DNA from: Sarea resinae
Taxonomy: Eukaryota
Assembly (NCBI GenBank): GCA_026026165.1
Contig: JAPEUD010000018.1
Location: 62,001 to 126,000, forward strand
Reading direction: 5' to 3'
DNA length: 64,000 nucleotides
Shown here: one piece after another, positions 50,139 through 61,921 of the stretch
How positions within the stretch are numbered: the first letter of the stretch is position 1
How the letters are laid out: every line of letters starts with the position of its first letter
Position numbers and translations under genes: made by a program
The notes under the pieces: model-generated
Database searches by the model: none
Told to the model about the DNA's origin: nothing
The model's input: the letters and a program-made list of their open reading frames with translations, nothing else

Positions 50139-51224
50139 TCAGGAGAACTATAACAGACCAATTAGTGACAGGGTTCTCATGAGACCGCCTGAAGCGAAAA
50201 GAAAAAAACAAGACATACCTTCCAGCGATGGCCACAATTGGTGCAATCGCAGAACGTGGTCATCGGCTCATCAGCACTCCTGGTCTGCGCCTGACTATAG
50301 GAAACCTTCTTCTGGCCACATTTACCGCACGTCAAGGACGCCGAGATGCTGCGCTCCGCTTGCGCCACCATAGCCTCGGACATGTTCTGCTTCTCAAATT
50401 GGGCGTCCTCGGCACGGCGCTGGTCGGACTTCAGTTCCTCATGCGTCATTTCGACGAAGCGCTCGGCTGAGATTTCATTGTCAAGGATGCGCGTGCGGAG
50501 TCCCGGGTTGGACTTGTTGCGTAGGTTCTGGAAGAGCGAGCGAATCTTGTTCTTGTACTTGTCCGTCGTTTCTGGGCCGAGAGTGGCAAAGGCAACGGCC
50601 TCGACTTCTTTCGCTTTCTCGAAAACCACGGAGCCAGCTGTATTACAGGTTGGACTTAACATCATAACAAAATTAGCGAACGAAAAACAAAGATAGAGCT
50701 TACGTAACGGCGAGTTTGTCACCAGGCCATTATAAAGAAGCCCCAGTGAACGGTTCCTCGAAGGGTTTCCCGTGAACTTGAGATTAATGCAGTCCGTCTG
50801 GTGGTCACGCTTATTCGGTGGCACGCTGGGCTGAGAGTTCGCCTGCGAGTTGACCTTGGTGGTGCCGGAGCTTCCTGGAGATGAAGCCACGTTCACTTGG
50901 CGGGCTGGGGACGATTTAGAGGATTTGGTCTTGCTGACATCGTGCTTCCATTTGGACACGATTTCGGTGGCCAGTCGAGCGACGGCCGGATCTTTGTGCT
51001 GCTTAGAGCGATTGACAACGACACCAACACGAGTGTGCTATAAAGTCAAAATCAGTCAAGTTGAGCATCACAAGACGGGCAAACTATACCCTCAGCAAGT
51101 CTTCCGTGGCTACAACATTCTTCTTCAAATTTTCCAGAAGAACAGTGATGTTAGCGGCTGACTCGCCCGCGGCAGTCGCTTTCTGGAGCTCCTTCACGTA
51201 AGTTTGTACTTCTTGAGGATCCAT
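50139..51224 (-). CDS. DST1: Transcription elongation factor TFIIS, 3 introns
   Basis: MDPQEVQ...TEDLLR|HTRVGVVVNR, YKNKIRSLFQNLRNKSNPGLR, Zn ribbon CGKCGQKKVSYSQAQTRSADEPMTTFCDCTNCGHRWK, and terminal micro-exon TTC TCC TGA (FS*). Confidence 0.96.
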
Positions 51225-52824
51225 AGTGGAGGTTCTGGTCTGTTTTTGAAAAGGAAGATATTGGAGAGGAATCTGCTCCGTCTTGAAGACGATTTGCGGA
51301 AGAAATGGGTATTAATTCTGAGCTTGAGGTCTGAGAGCGTGCTTGAAGATTTAGATTGATCAATTCGAAGTGCGTCTGATGATGATGATGATGATGATGA
51401 TGATGTTGGAAGAGCGTTGGTCTGTAGAAGTGGACTTGTCAGCTACTGCGCCATCAGTCATACTGTGAAGTGAGCTCGGAAAAGCAGAAGTGAATAACAG
51501 AACGTGACTGTCAATTAGATGCAAGTAGAACATCGTTTGGCCTATTGTCCTGGAGCCTCAGCATCTTCAAATCTTTTGACAGATAGTGAATGAATAGCTG
51601 ATGATGGGCCGCTTATCATTGAATAGTTGGATTCTTATTGAACTGTCGCTTGGCGCCATTGTCCCCAGCCAGCCACTCTGTATCTTCCGGTAGCAATCCA
51701 GCCAATGCATTGTGTCCGTCATAATTCACTTTATCCACACCAGTCTTGCAGTCTTCGAGGCGATTGCCCGTCGCTTGCGGCCGTCGATCGCGATCTGGTG
51801 ATGCCTTCAACCGTAGCCTCCCGTAGGGGCTCGCCCGTAAACCGCTAAATTGCTATTGCATGGTTGTATCGCCCCAACTGAGCGCCTAGCCATGTCTCCA
51901 TTTCGTGACGGTTGTCGTATCGTCATTGCTAGCCGTACGTCATTCGGATCGGTTCATCGCCGAAGCAGAGATCCGTTCAGTTAGTCCTCGACGGCGTGTT
52001 CGTCCCATGGTCATTCCTTCAGAGAGCATTGCCCAGCTGCCGGTCTCTTTCTCAGGTGCGACAAAACAAGAGAGCAAGGAAGGCAGATGCGGGAACAAAT
52101 GCAGCAGAGCACGAGACACTGTATAATAGGAAAGAGGCGGCCTACCTGGTATGTCTTGAATCGATCAAGATGAGTATTGATCCAGATGGTGAGCGGAGAA
52201 GATGAAGAGTGTCTGTATGATTGTGAGAGTCTAAAGAGAAGTTAAGAGAGGGGCGAAGCAGAAAAAAGGACGTTTTATACGATGGGGAGGAGTTGAGGCG
52301 TGAATGCGCGCGAGATCGGCAGTGGGATGAAGTTCGTGATGAATGACCTCGTCTACAGTCGGAGGTAGCGAAGAGCGCCGTTGCTTCCTATTCGGGCGCA
52401 TCTGCATCGGTTGGATCCTCATTCACGACGCTATGGAAGAAGGACAATCACTGCTAAAACTTGTGCCTTCATTCAGAACTGTCTTCTTCGGATTTCTTCA
52501 GATGATGTGTAAAATAGATAGCATGGTGAGCCATTTTGTCACGCGTTATCATCAGGTATCAACAAATTGGATGCTTTCAGATATTGAGATATGCCGTGGT
52601 TGTTTGAGCGCTTGGACAGCAGGACGTGACTACTGGCAGAGATATCAAGGGCAAGCAATCTGCAAATATTTATATCATATTATATAATACTATCTCGCTG
52701 GGTAAAAGATGTCGGCTTCTCGCTAGTGGACAAAAATGTATGACAGATCAACCCAACAGAGTAATGAAGACAACATCAAGCATCTGTAGAGGGCAGCCCC
52801 AGAGCGGCTTCCTCCATCATGCCC

Positions 52825-53971
52825 TCATGTATTATGATGTTCATGAACCAGTTGATCTTCGCTCTGTCTAACATCATCTTTCGGGGTGCTTTCTATCCCC
52901 TCCTCGGCCTCCCGCTGAGCAGTAGCGCTGTTATCCGAATGCTTTGCCGGATCAAAGACATAAATAGGTAATTCAAGGAAGACGGTCCGCTTTAAAAACA
53001 CCGGCATCCGTTCGTATAGCTGCGGTGGAAATGGTATAAGAATACTGGTACGACGAAGATAGCGTTCATAACCTTTCCAGTTGGTCCCAGATTCGTACCG
53101 CTTTTTAGCTCCGGGACGCTCTTGCAGTGGCAGGCCTGACACGAACATCAGGAGGATCGTGAGGAAAAAAGGCCCTAAGATGGTAGCATAGAGGGCTTTG
53201 TACGCTTGACCATGAACATATCCGTTTGCTGCTGGAGAGACAGCCATCATGTAGATAGCTAAAGAGAAGCAACTGATTAGCGACTTCGTCAACGATACGC
53301 TCGCATGATACATACAGAATTGGATGATGATCTCTGCAAAGTAATTAGGATGCCTTGACCAGTAGAAAAATCCAACGTCGCAGATCACTCCTTTATCCGA
53401 ATGGGTGCTCTTGAAGCGATATTTCTGGATATCAGCGACAGTTTCCATGAACAATCCAATAGCATAGAGCACCACGCCTGCAATATCTCTCCCGGTTCCG
53501 AAGCTGGGCTGATTGTACTTTGTCACATTCGGCGAGTTGAGTACCGTGACTGGCAATGACACAGTCCAGACCCAAATCATCTGGAAGACCCAAAAGCCAA
53601 GGAAGGGAAAGAATTTGTCCCGTTTGTCGTCGAAACGATCATCTTTGCCCGTTTTCAGGATTCGGAAGAGCAGGAAGCCGGACAGTCTCAGGCCCCAGAT
53701 CATAAGGAAGAGCGAGTCGACGATTTGACGAGCATGGTGGTGACCGCTGAAGGATAGGGTGATGACAGCCAAGACCACAAAATTCGTTCCACCGGCAAAA
53801 TCTACCAAGCTGGCATCAGTTCTGAGTGGTATGGAAGAAAGGCCGAGGCGCACCTGTCAGCTTGTCAAATTTGAGGGCGAATGCTATCGAGAAGAAGAAA
53901 AGCTGGTATCCTATGGTAATCAGTAGAGTAATGGCGAGATAGTAATTATCGAGGGCGTGCACTTCCGCCAT
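52825..53971 (-). CDS. DUF1295 steroid 5-alpha-reductase-like membrane protein, 2 introns
   Basis: LDNYYLAITLLITIGYQL, KFDKLT|DFAGGTNF, WGLRLSGFLLFRILKTGKDDRFD, FQMIWVWTVSLP, WSRHPNYFAE, FVSGLPLQE, YLRRTSILIPFPP. Confidence 0.92.
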
Positions 53972-54389
53972 CTCTGGGAATGCCTCTGGTCGAGAATGTG
54001 AGGCCTCGAGCTCTTGCAATTCTGCACTGATGATATAGGATTAATTGCTCGAATGTATTGTATTCTTATATAGGTGCTAATCAATTATTGTATGATATTG
54101 ATACATCAATGACCCATCCGGTCCGATGCCATTGACAGCTGCACGCAAGGTCAGCATAATGACGTTTACGATATGACGGACTCAATTCCTTTGGAAATCG
54201 AGCTATGATGGCTGTAAGAGGCTTAGTGCTCCCATCACGCTCTTGTCGATTAAGCGAGCAGGCTTAAACGACGGTCGGCTCGACTTCTCTTTCCCATCTC
54301 TTCTTTCCCGTCCTTTATCCCCAGACTACGAATACCTAGGGTTCCCGCTTGTTTACCCGGAGTACTTCGTGTTTACCCACTCTACCACG

Positions 54390-55676
54390 ATGAACACTAC
54401 AGTGAACATCATCACCACCACTGACACCACTGACACCACAAACACTATGAACACTATGAACACTACCAACACCACTGCTAATACCAGCGCTAATTCCAAT
54501 CCTAGAAATCATCCCTCCGTCACCGTTCACATCAATAGTGTTTGGGATCCCCACAGCGTGATGCGACCCTTCGCCAACACCTTACCCGAATGGAAGGCAC
54601 TCGTCCGTCTCCGTGTCAAACAACTAAGGAAAGGGAACGACCATACCTTGAGCTGGGAGGACACTTCGAAGCTCAATCTGGATATCGACTATCGCTCTGA
54701 CGTTGAACCCGTGCCACCCCCCAGCAACAATGATATCATTGCTACCGTCCTCGACGACTTCGATCTCAATCCGGATGCCGCGTATATGGGAGCAAAGTTG
54801 AGGCAGGAGACTGATCAGCTGCGTCCTGCAAGTGATGAGACCGCCATCATGAACGCGCTCAAGAAGTGGATTGTGGCCATAGCTGCAAAATATGATCCCA
54901 CCGTCGAAGATTCCGGGCCCTGCCTGATCCGTGCACCTACTGATCGCAGGTTCAAAGGCTATCCGGCGGAGATGATGCTGCAGGTGCATGCCTACGACGA
55001 CCTACACAAGCCGTCGTATCCCGTCGGTATAATCCGTACTGGTAAACAATGGTCTCCTGTCAATCTAAGTTCAGAGGTGTATTGCCTCTTCTCGCTTGGC
55101 CTGCAAGCGTATGTGCGCGACCGCTCACAAGAATCTTATTCTGTATGCCTGATCTCCGTCAGCAGAGATGCCATTCAGCCCCTGGTGGCCACAATCTCCA
55201 AAACCTACTTTGTGTCGTCACTTGGGCGCGGAGAGGAAGTCTTTGACCATGGACGGCCGACGACGCTCATGGGCGGAACGTTTTGCATTGAACGAAGGCG
55301 CTTGACTAGTCGGGCAAAGATCTGCCATCGTTCCGGCCAAAATTACATTCTCCGGTCTATTTTCACCTTTCCGAAGAGTTCACTGCCGCCTGAGGAATCG
55401 CGTGGTGATCCATCTGTTCAAGGACAGAGCCAGCCGCCTGTTCGCACGCCAAGCTCACCGTTCAGCCCGTTGTTGGCTCGAATACCACATCGCCAGCTCG
55501 CTTCGGCATCAAGTCAGCTGCCGTATGAGGCTCCCAGCCGGTCGGTGGCTCAACCACTCAACCCGCCGTTTCTCCAGGAATCACACGAACAACTCGTTCT
55601 ATCGCCGAGGCCATTGCAACTTCAGACGCCTAGCCAGCCGCCTGTCCACTCACCAAGCCCACAATATTTTTGCTAA
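54390..55676 (+). CDS. Orphan hypothetical protein, possibly with a degenerate PD-(D/E)XK-like fold; T/N-rich N-terminus and P/S/Q-rich C-terminus
   Basis: Intronless ORF of ~430 codons from ATG 54390 with a globular-looking core (DETAIMNAL...PVGIIRTGK...VCLISVSRDAIQPLVATISKTYF). No confident family match. Confidence 0.55.
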   Translation: MNTTVNIITTTDTTDTTNTMNTMNTTNTTANTSANSNPRNHPSVTVHINSVWDPHSVMRPFANTLPEWKALVRLRVKQLRKGNDHTLSWEDTSKLNLDIDYRSDVEPVPPPSNNDIIATVLDDFDLNPDAAYMGAKLRQETDQLRPASDETAIMNALKKWIVAIAAKYDPTVEDSGPCLIRAPTDRRFKGYPAEMMLQVHAYDDLHKPSYPVGIIRTGKQWSPVNLSSEVYCLFSLGLQAYVRDRSQESYSVCLISVSRDAIQPLVATISKTYFVSSLGRGEEVFDHGRPTTLMGGTFCIERRRLTSRAKICHRSGQNYILRSIFTFPKSSLPPEESRGDPSVQGQSQPPVRTPSSPFSPLLARIPHRQLASASSQLPYEAPSRSVAQPLNPPFLQESHEQLVLSPRPLQLQTPSQPPVHSPSPQYFC

Positions 55677-56602
55677 TGCCGCCTGAGTCGGGCCTGATCT
55701 CCAGTGTCTTCTTCGTGCTAGTGGTATTGTTTCTCTACCGGATTCATCAAATTTTGTTTGTCTAGCTAGCCGGCTAGATCATCATCATTATCACCATCAC
55801 CACCACCACCATCATCATCACTCCCGCCGTCTCCCTCCCCCCCACTTCCCGCTACCCCCGCCACTACTTTTCGAGGCATTCCATCGCCATCTCTTTCCAG
55901 CCCCGGAAAGAAGGAACCAGGAAGAAAGGGAGAGGGGTTGATGTACTTGGATATTTCTTTTTCCAATTGTTGCCCATGTACCTCCTGTTAATTCGCTCGT
56001 CTAGATCACTGCGCCATCTAGACAAAGCTTCCTATGTCTACTCATTGTTATTTTGTCTCCTTGCTTCTACCCCGATCTATCTTCGGACATCGTAACTAGA
56101 GAATCTTACTCTAGTCACTTTCAATCTTCAACTCCGGGGCTTTGGTAGAGAGAGGTCATTCTGGAGGATGGCGGGTGGGCGTTTCCAGGTGTCCTAGTGC
56201 TAGAGGGTGCGCCGTGTGCCTCCGCGTTGAAGTCTCGACTTGACTCGACCTGGCTCAACGTGTTTCTCTAGATTTCATACTTTCCTTTCCCTCTATCCAG
56301 TCGGACTTGCTTCCTGTGGGTCAGGTGAACTCGTTCTAGTTCATCTTTCTTTCTTCTCTCGTTTTCTTTCTCAAAATGGTGAGTAGCTCATTGGATGAGA
56401 AAAAAAATTCTTTTCTCGTTACTCGTGTCTTCTTTCCATCATCATGATTGATCAAAACCCCTGACGAGGACCCCCGCTCCTCAAGCCACACAAAGGGATC
56501 GGATGGTGTCGGCGTATCTTCGTGTCTCTATGAGATCGAGTGTGGTGAGTGAGGTGTAGTGGAGTGCATTGGATGAGCGGAAGAAGAATCATCATCATCG
56601 CC

Positions 56603-56656
56603 GCCATCTCTCGACGCCATCTCTCGACGCCATCTCTCGACTCCTATCTCTCGACG
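56603..56656. repeat. 13-bp tandem repeat, ~4 copies
   Basis: cgccatctctcga x3 followed by ctcctatctctcga. Confidence 0.85.
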
Positions 56657-56869
56657 TAGTCCCCAGATTCTCCGTATCCCGTCTCACGTATCAGGCCGAG
56701 TCTTTCGCATCATAGCTTACAATATCAATCACATCTAGCCTACCTCGTTTACATGCGTCTGTATAAAAAAAGCCCTGTACGCGAAGATCAAAACATTATC
56801 TGTCATTGTTTTGCTCGTTGTGATAATTGTGATTGTGGAGTGTATATCTATGCCTGGTAGTACCCATCC

Positions 56870-57430
56870 TTTTATTTATCCATCCATCCATCCATACATC
56901 CATACATCTATCCATCTATCCATCTATCTACCGAGCCAGACTATCTGTCCCGCTTCACCACGCGCTACGGGGCTGGTCTACAGAGTATGTTCTACCTACC
57001 TACCTCTCTGCTTATGATTATGAATAGAGATACTATATGCTGTGTGTGGTGTGTGCTATACAGCACGCTATACCCCTATCTAGTCTCATGATTGTGTGCT
57101 TGCTTTTACACCGTGTAATCGTGGCTGTGAATTGTGAATTGTGATTGTGAAAGGGCTCGTGGCTTTATGATCTGACTGTTTGAGAATTTCTGTTTGATTT
57201 GTGCATCTGTCTTGTTTCGTTGGTGTAGAATAGGATTGATTGATTGGTTGATTGGTTGGTTGGTTAGTTGGTCGGTCTTTTCTAATCAAACAATAACTCA
57301 ACCAAACCAGGATCAGGATCAGGATCAGGATCAGGATCAGGATCAGAACCAGCGAGATGAAAAACACGTAGTAGACAGAAAGTACATCTCCACCCCCACC
57401 AAAAACCCCAACCGCAACTAATCCTAATCC
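56870..57430. repeat. Microsatellite cluster 3' of ValRS
   Basis: (ATCC/ATCT)n, (TGTGAAT)n, (TTGA/TTGG)n, (CAGGAT)6 at 57308-57346. Confidence 0.88.
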
Positions 57431-60400
57431 TAATCCTCCAACTTCAGGCGCTCAAAGCCCTCGACATTGCCCTCGAGACTCCTAATCTCGGCCTCCAAGC
57501 CGCGGAGCTTCTCCTCCTCGACGCGCTGCAGCTCGAGCGCCACCTTGGCGCGATAGGCGGGATCGTGCAGGATCTTGCGCTGGCGGGCCGCGGCCTCGTC
57601 GGCGCGCGCCATGCGCGCCTTCGCCTTGGTGATCTCGGCGTCGATGTCGACGCGCCCGAGGATGCGCGCGTAGATGGTTGTCGTGGCGGATGTGGCGAGC
57701 GCGATGGTGCCGCGCGGCTTGCTCGTGCTGGTGGTGTCTGGGAGGAGGTGGAGCTCGCCGAGCGATTTGCCGGAGAGCGACTTGATGGCTTGCAGCTCGG
57801 CGCTCAGCGTGGAGTGGGATTGTGGAGAGGTCGTGTGGATGGTGACTTGTGAGGTTGGTGTTAGCTATGTTTTTCTAGAGCGCTTGGGGAAGGGTGGTGA
57901 TTTAGGTGGCGATCCAGGTGGTGGGCAAGGGATAGAAATGGGCGAAACAGGCGGTGTAGGGAGGCCGGTGGATAGATAAATAGAAGACATACCTTCGCCG
58001 TTCTCCTTAATCGAGTACTCGGCCAACAGCGACCGAATGCCCTTCGATACATCCAGGAGAAGCTCATACGCTTCCTCAGACTTCGGGTCGTCGAGCTCCG
58101 CGTCGTAGACGGGGTATTTGGCCTTGACAATCGAACGGGTGGAGTCGTTGGGACGGCGTGGCAGACGTTGCCAGAGCTCTTCGGTGAGGAAGGGCATGTG
58201 GGGGTGGATCATGGTCAGGCCGCCTTCGAGAGCCGTATAGAGGGTGTCCTTGGCCGATCTCTGCTCTTCAGGGCTGCCGTCTTGGATGATGGCCTTGGAG
58301 TTTTCCTGTTTGCGGGTGTTAGAGATTGTTGATAGATGCGGAGCGAATTAGAAACTCACAATGTACACATCGCAGAGGTGGTTATACCAGTATTGATACG
58401 CAATCAAAGTGGACTGGGAAAACTCGCGGTCTGTCAAAGCTTGGTTGATCTCCTTGGTGGCCGTGGTGAACTTGTGCAAAATCCATCGTTCGGCCAATGA
58501 CTCTTTGCCCGTCTTTTTGCCGCTCTCACGCGGCACGAAGTCGTCGCCGAGTTTGCCCAGAACGAATTTGGTGGCCTGGTAGATCTTGTTGCAGAATCTT
58601 CGGTATCCGAACATGACCTTGACGTCAAAGTTGATATCACCGCCTGTGAGAATATTAGTGACTGAAGTGAGAACGATCATGGTCAGGAAGCCTTACCACC
58701 GGTAGTGTACGAAATGAGAGAGAATCTCAACGCATCGGCACCGCATTCAGGAATACCATCGGGGAACGAGTTCTTTTGGAATTTTGTGGCTGTTGCCAAC
58801 TCCTTGGGGTCAAGATTGCCAAGAAGAAGCTTGTCGTGTAGTGACTGCAGCGGAATACCTTGCATGACGTCCAGAGGGTCGATCACGTTGCCAAGAGATT
58901 TCGACATCTTTCGTCCTTCGGAATCTCTGACCAAAGAGTGGCAATACACCTCTCTGAACGGTACCTGGCCGGTCATCTTGATACCGAGCATGATCATTCG
59001 CGAGACCCAGAAGAACAGAATGTCCCATCCAGTCTCTAGCACAGAAGTAGGATATAGAGTCTCCATGTCATGCGTCTTTTTGGGCCAGCCGAGGGTGGAG
59101 AAAGGCCAAAGCCCGGAGGAAAACCATGTATCTAGCACGTCGGGATCTCTCTTGAGGGTGAATTTCTTATCAGGAAACTTGGCTTTAGCTTTTTCTTCCG
59201 CTTCCTCTTCAGTTCGACCCGCAATCCACAAACTCGCGTCATTCTCACTGTTATTCTCCCCTTCAAGCTGGATAAAATAAGCTGGGCATTGATGACCCCA
59301 CCATAATTGTCTGGAAAGACACCAATCGTTGATGTTCTCCATCCATTTGATATAGCTCCTCTCGGCTGTATCTGGGCGGATCTTGATCTCGCCATTCTTG
59401 ACAACCTTAATGGCCTCATCTGCGAGTTCTCGCATGCGCATCCACCACTGCGGCTTCATGATAGGCTCGATGACGTCCTTGGATCTGGAGCAGAGTGGCA
59501 CCTTCATAGGATTGTCCTCCTTCTTGACGTACAGGCCAAGAGTCTTGAGATCCTCGACCACAGTAAAACGAGCATCAAAGCGCTTAACCCCTTCGTACTT
59601 ACCGGCATTGGAGTTCAGCGTGCCATTATCGTTCAAGATATTAATGAACTGCAGGCTGTGCCGGTTGCCGAGAGCAAAATCGTTAGGGTCATGAGCGGGC
59701 GTGATCTTGACCGCACCAGTACCGAACTCGGGATCCACGTAGTCATCGGCAACGATTGGCATCAGGCGGTCAACAAAAGGATGTCTCGCAAATTTCCCAA
59801 CGAGGTGCTTGTAGCGGTCGTCCTTTGGATGCACGGCAATACCGCTATCACCAAGCATAGTCTCTGGTCGAGTAGTAGCCACTTCGATCTTTTCTTCCGA
59901 ACCATCAATCTGATACTGGAAATGGGTGATGACGCCAAATTCCACCTTCCGTTCATAGCCAGGAACATCAAGCAGAGTGCGTCCTTCGAGCTCCTTGTTG
60001 TCGACCTCAAGGTTCGAAATAGCAGTATTGAGCTGAACGCACCAGTTAACAAGTCGGTCCGCTCTGTAGATGATGCCCTCCTCGTGAAGTTTCACGAACG
60101 TCTCTGTGACAGCAGCCGAGAGATTGGCGTCCATAGTGAAAGCCTCTCTCGTCCAATCAAAAGAACCACCCATTCTTCGAAGGACATTGTTGATCTTCGA
60201 ATGATACTCTCCCTTCCAGTCCCAAACAGTCTCCACAAATTTCTCTCTTCCAAGATCATATCTGGTCTTCTTTTGCCTCCGCCACAGCATGTTCTCCACC
60301 ACGCTCTGAGTAGCGATACCGGCATGATCGCAACCTGGTAGCCATAGAGTAGTCTTCCCCTGCATTCGATTCCATCTGATCAGGCAATCCTGAAGCGCAT

Positions 60401-61174
60401 TGGGAAGCGCATGGCCCATGTGAAGAGCTCCAGTTACGTTTGGTGGAGGCTCCGGGATGGAGAAATAACCTTCCGGCTTGACTTTTCCATCTGGACCAAA
60501 CTCGGGTTCAAAGAAACCCTCCTTCTCCCACCAAGCATACCACCCAGATTCGACCACGCCAGGAATGTACGCCTTGTGGTAGGCATCATCAAGCGGCTTT
60601 AGGACTGTTCGACCACGTCAGCTTCCCAGAACCGCCACAATCATTCGCAGAGCGGAATCACTCTTCTTCTCGCCCACAGGCGTCTCCTCCACGTATTCCG
60701 GCAACTTGTCCTCCTTAGCAGACTCCTGCTTAGATTTCTTTTCCTTCGTCTTCGAGCCCGCAGCTCCGGCGGCAGGTGCACCGAGGTTCTTGGCCTGCTT
60801 TTCGGCAAATTTCTTCGCTTTCTCGGCTTTTTTCCGTTCTTTCTCCACTAAAATCCTAAAGCATCAGAATTTAGGCCTCTGGCTGCTGTGGCATCGATGG
60901 GTTTGTTTGCATACGTTCTTTCTCCGTCTTGACTTTCTTGCCTAGCTGCTTGTCCCCTCCATCCTGACCTGAAGCATTCTGGCCAGTCGGCTCTCCACTC
61001 TGGGCACCGGAAATGGCTGCTTTCGTCTCTTCAGAGACGGCTGGTGGGTGTCCACTAGTTGGGCCCGTTTTTTCCCCGACTGTAGGCGCAGCTCGCATTA
61101 GATTGATCGCCAGCAAGACGGCGGGAGTCTAGAGGCTACTCACTGGGGTTGCTTGACGCTGAATTTGTCGCCAT
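57430..61174 (-). CDS. VAS1: Valyl-tRNA synthetase, multi-exon
   Basis: [15 protein letters not shown] (HIGH), [55 protein letters not shown] (KMSKS), [15 protein letters not shown]. First exon [10 protein letters not shown] at 61174. Confidence 0.97.
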
Positions 61175-61442
61175 TCTGACTCTACGAACTGGCGCGATAA
61201 GCCTTCTGGAGACCGGAGCGCGCAGTAAGAGCGCGCTGCGAAGGATTTTGAGATGCCCCCTCTGCTGAGGGAGAGCAAATGATCCCGGGGCGGATCGATT
61301 GGAATGCGCACTGTGGATGACCGATGAACTGGAAAACAGTCCAATTGCAAGATGAGGCTATTGATCGGAGAAGCTCTGCGCAATTGAAGGTGTTGATTCA
61401 TGAAATTCTTCGATGACCCGCATGGCAATCCTATCTCTCGCT

Positions 61443-61471
61443 TGAGTCACTGCACTCGGTCTAGTGAGTCA
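61443..61471. promoter_or_regulatory. Two TGAGTCA Gcn4/CpcA (cross-pathway control) elements upstream of ValRS
   Basis: Perfect TGAGTCA at 61443-61449 and 61465-61471, ~270-300 bp upstream of the ATG. Confidence 0.6.
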
Positions 61472-61921
61472 GTCACCACAGGGCCGATCAAGGAAACGCT
61501 CGGCTCATCTAAGATGCAGGGAATCATCGGAGACATCTGATCGCGGGGTCAAAGGGGAATCATGAAAAAGAACACAGATGATATTATTAATGCGTGCAAA
61601 GTTTATATACAAAATTGACTGAATCCATCTAATGCTGAGGAGAAAAGCGCCTACAGCAAACGCCCGCTTCGTCCACTACAACGCCCAGCTCCGCCCACCT
61701 AACCATCTGTTATGGACTTCCTCCTTCGAATCATGCATAGTGTTGTAGCAACCTTAGTGACGTAGATGTAGATGTAACGATCGAGTAGGTAAGGCACCCT
61801 CATGGCATCGTTGCAATCTGGGTGGATAGGATGCGCAAATCGTCACATCGTGAAAAGGTTCGCTGGTGCTCGTTGAGAGTAGAAGGAAGGTATTCATATA
61901 TGGAATTTCGTGAGTGTGATA

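Noticed and set aside
54209..54225. GGCTGTAAGAGGCTT resembling the 5' end of fungal SRP RNA
   Set aside because: Imperfect match, and no helix-8 (SRP54-binding) motif visible in the following 300 nt.
59307..60341. 344-aa plus-strand ORF
   Set aside because: Antisense shadow of the ValRS exon.
61129..61428. 99-aa ORF as the ValRS N-terminus
   Set aside because: Out of frame with the spliced ValRS exon 2; the in-frame extension is a different, AUG-less frame.
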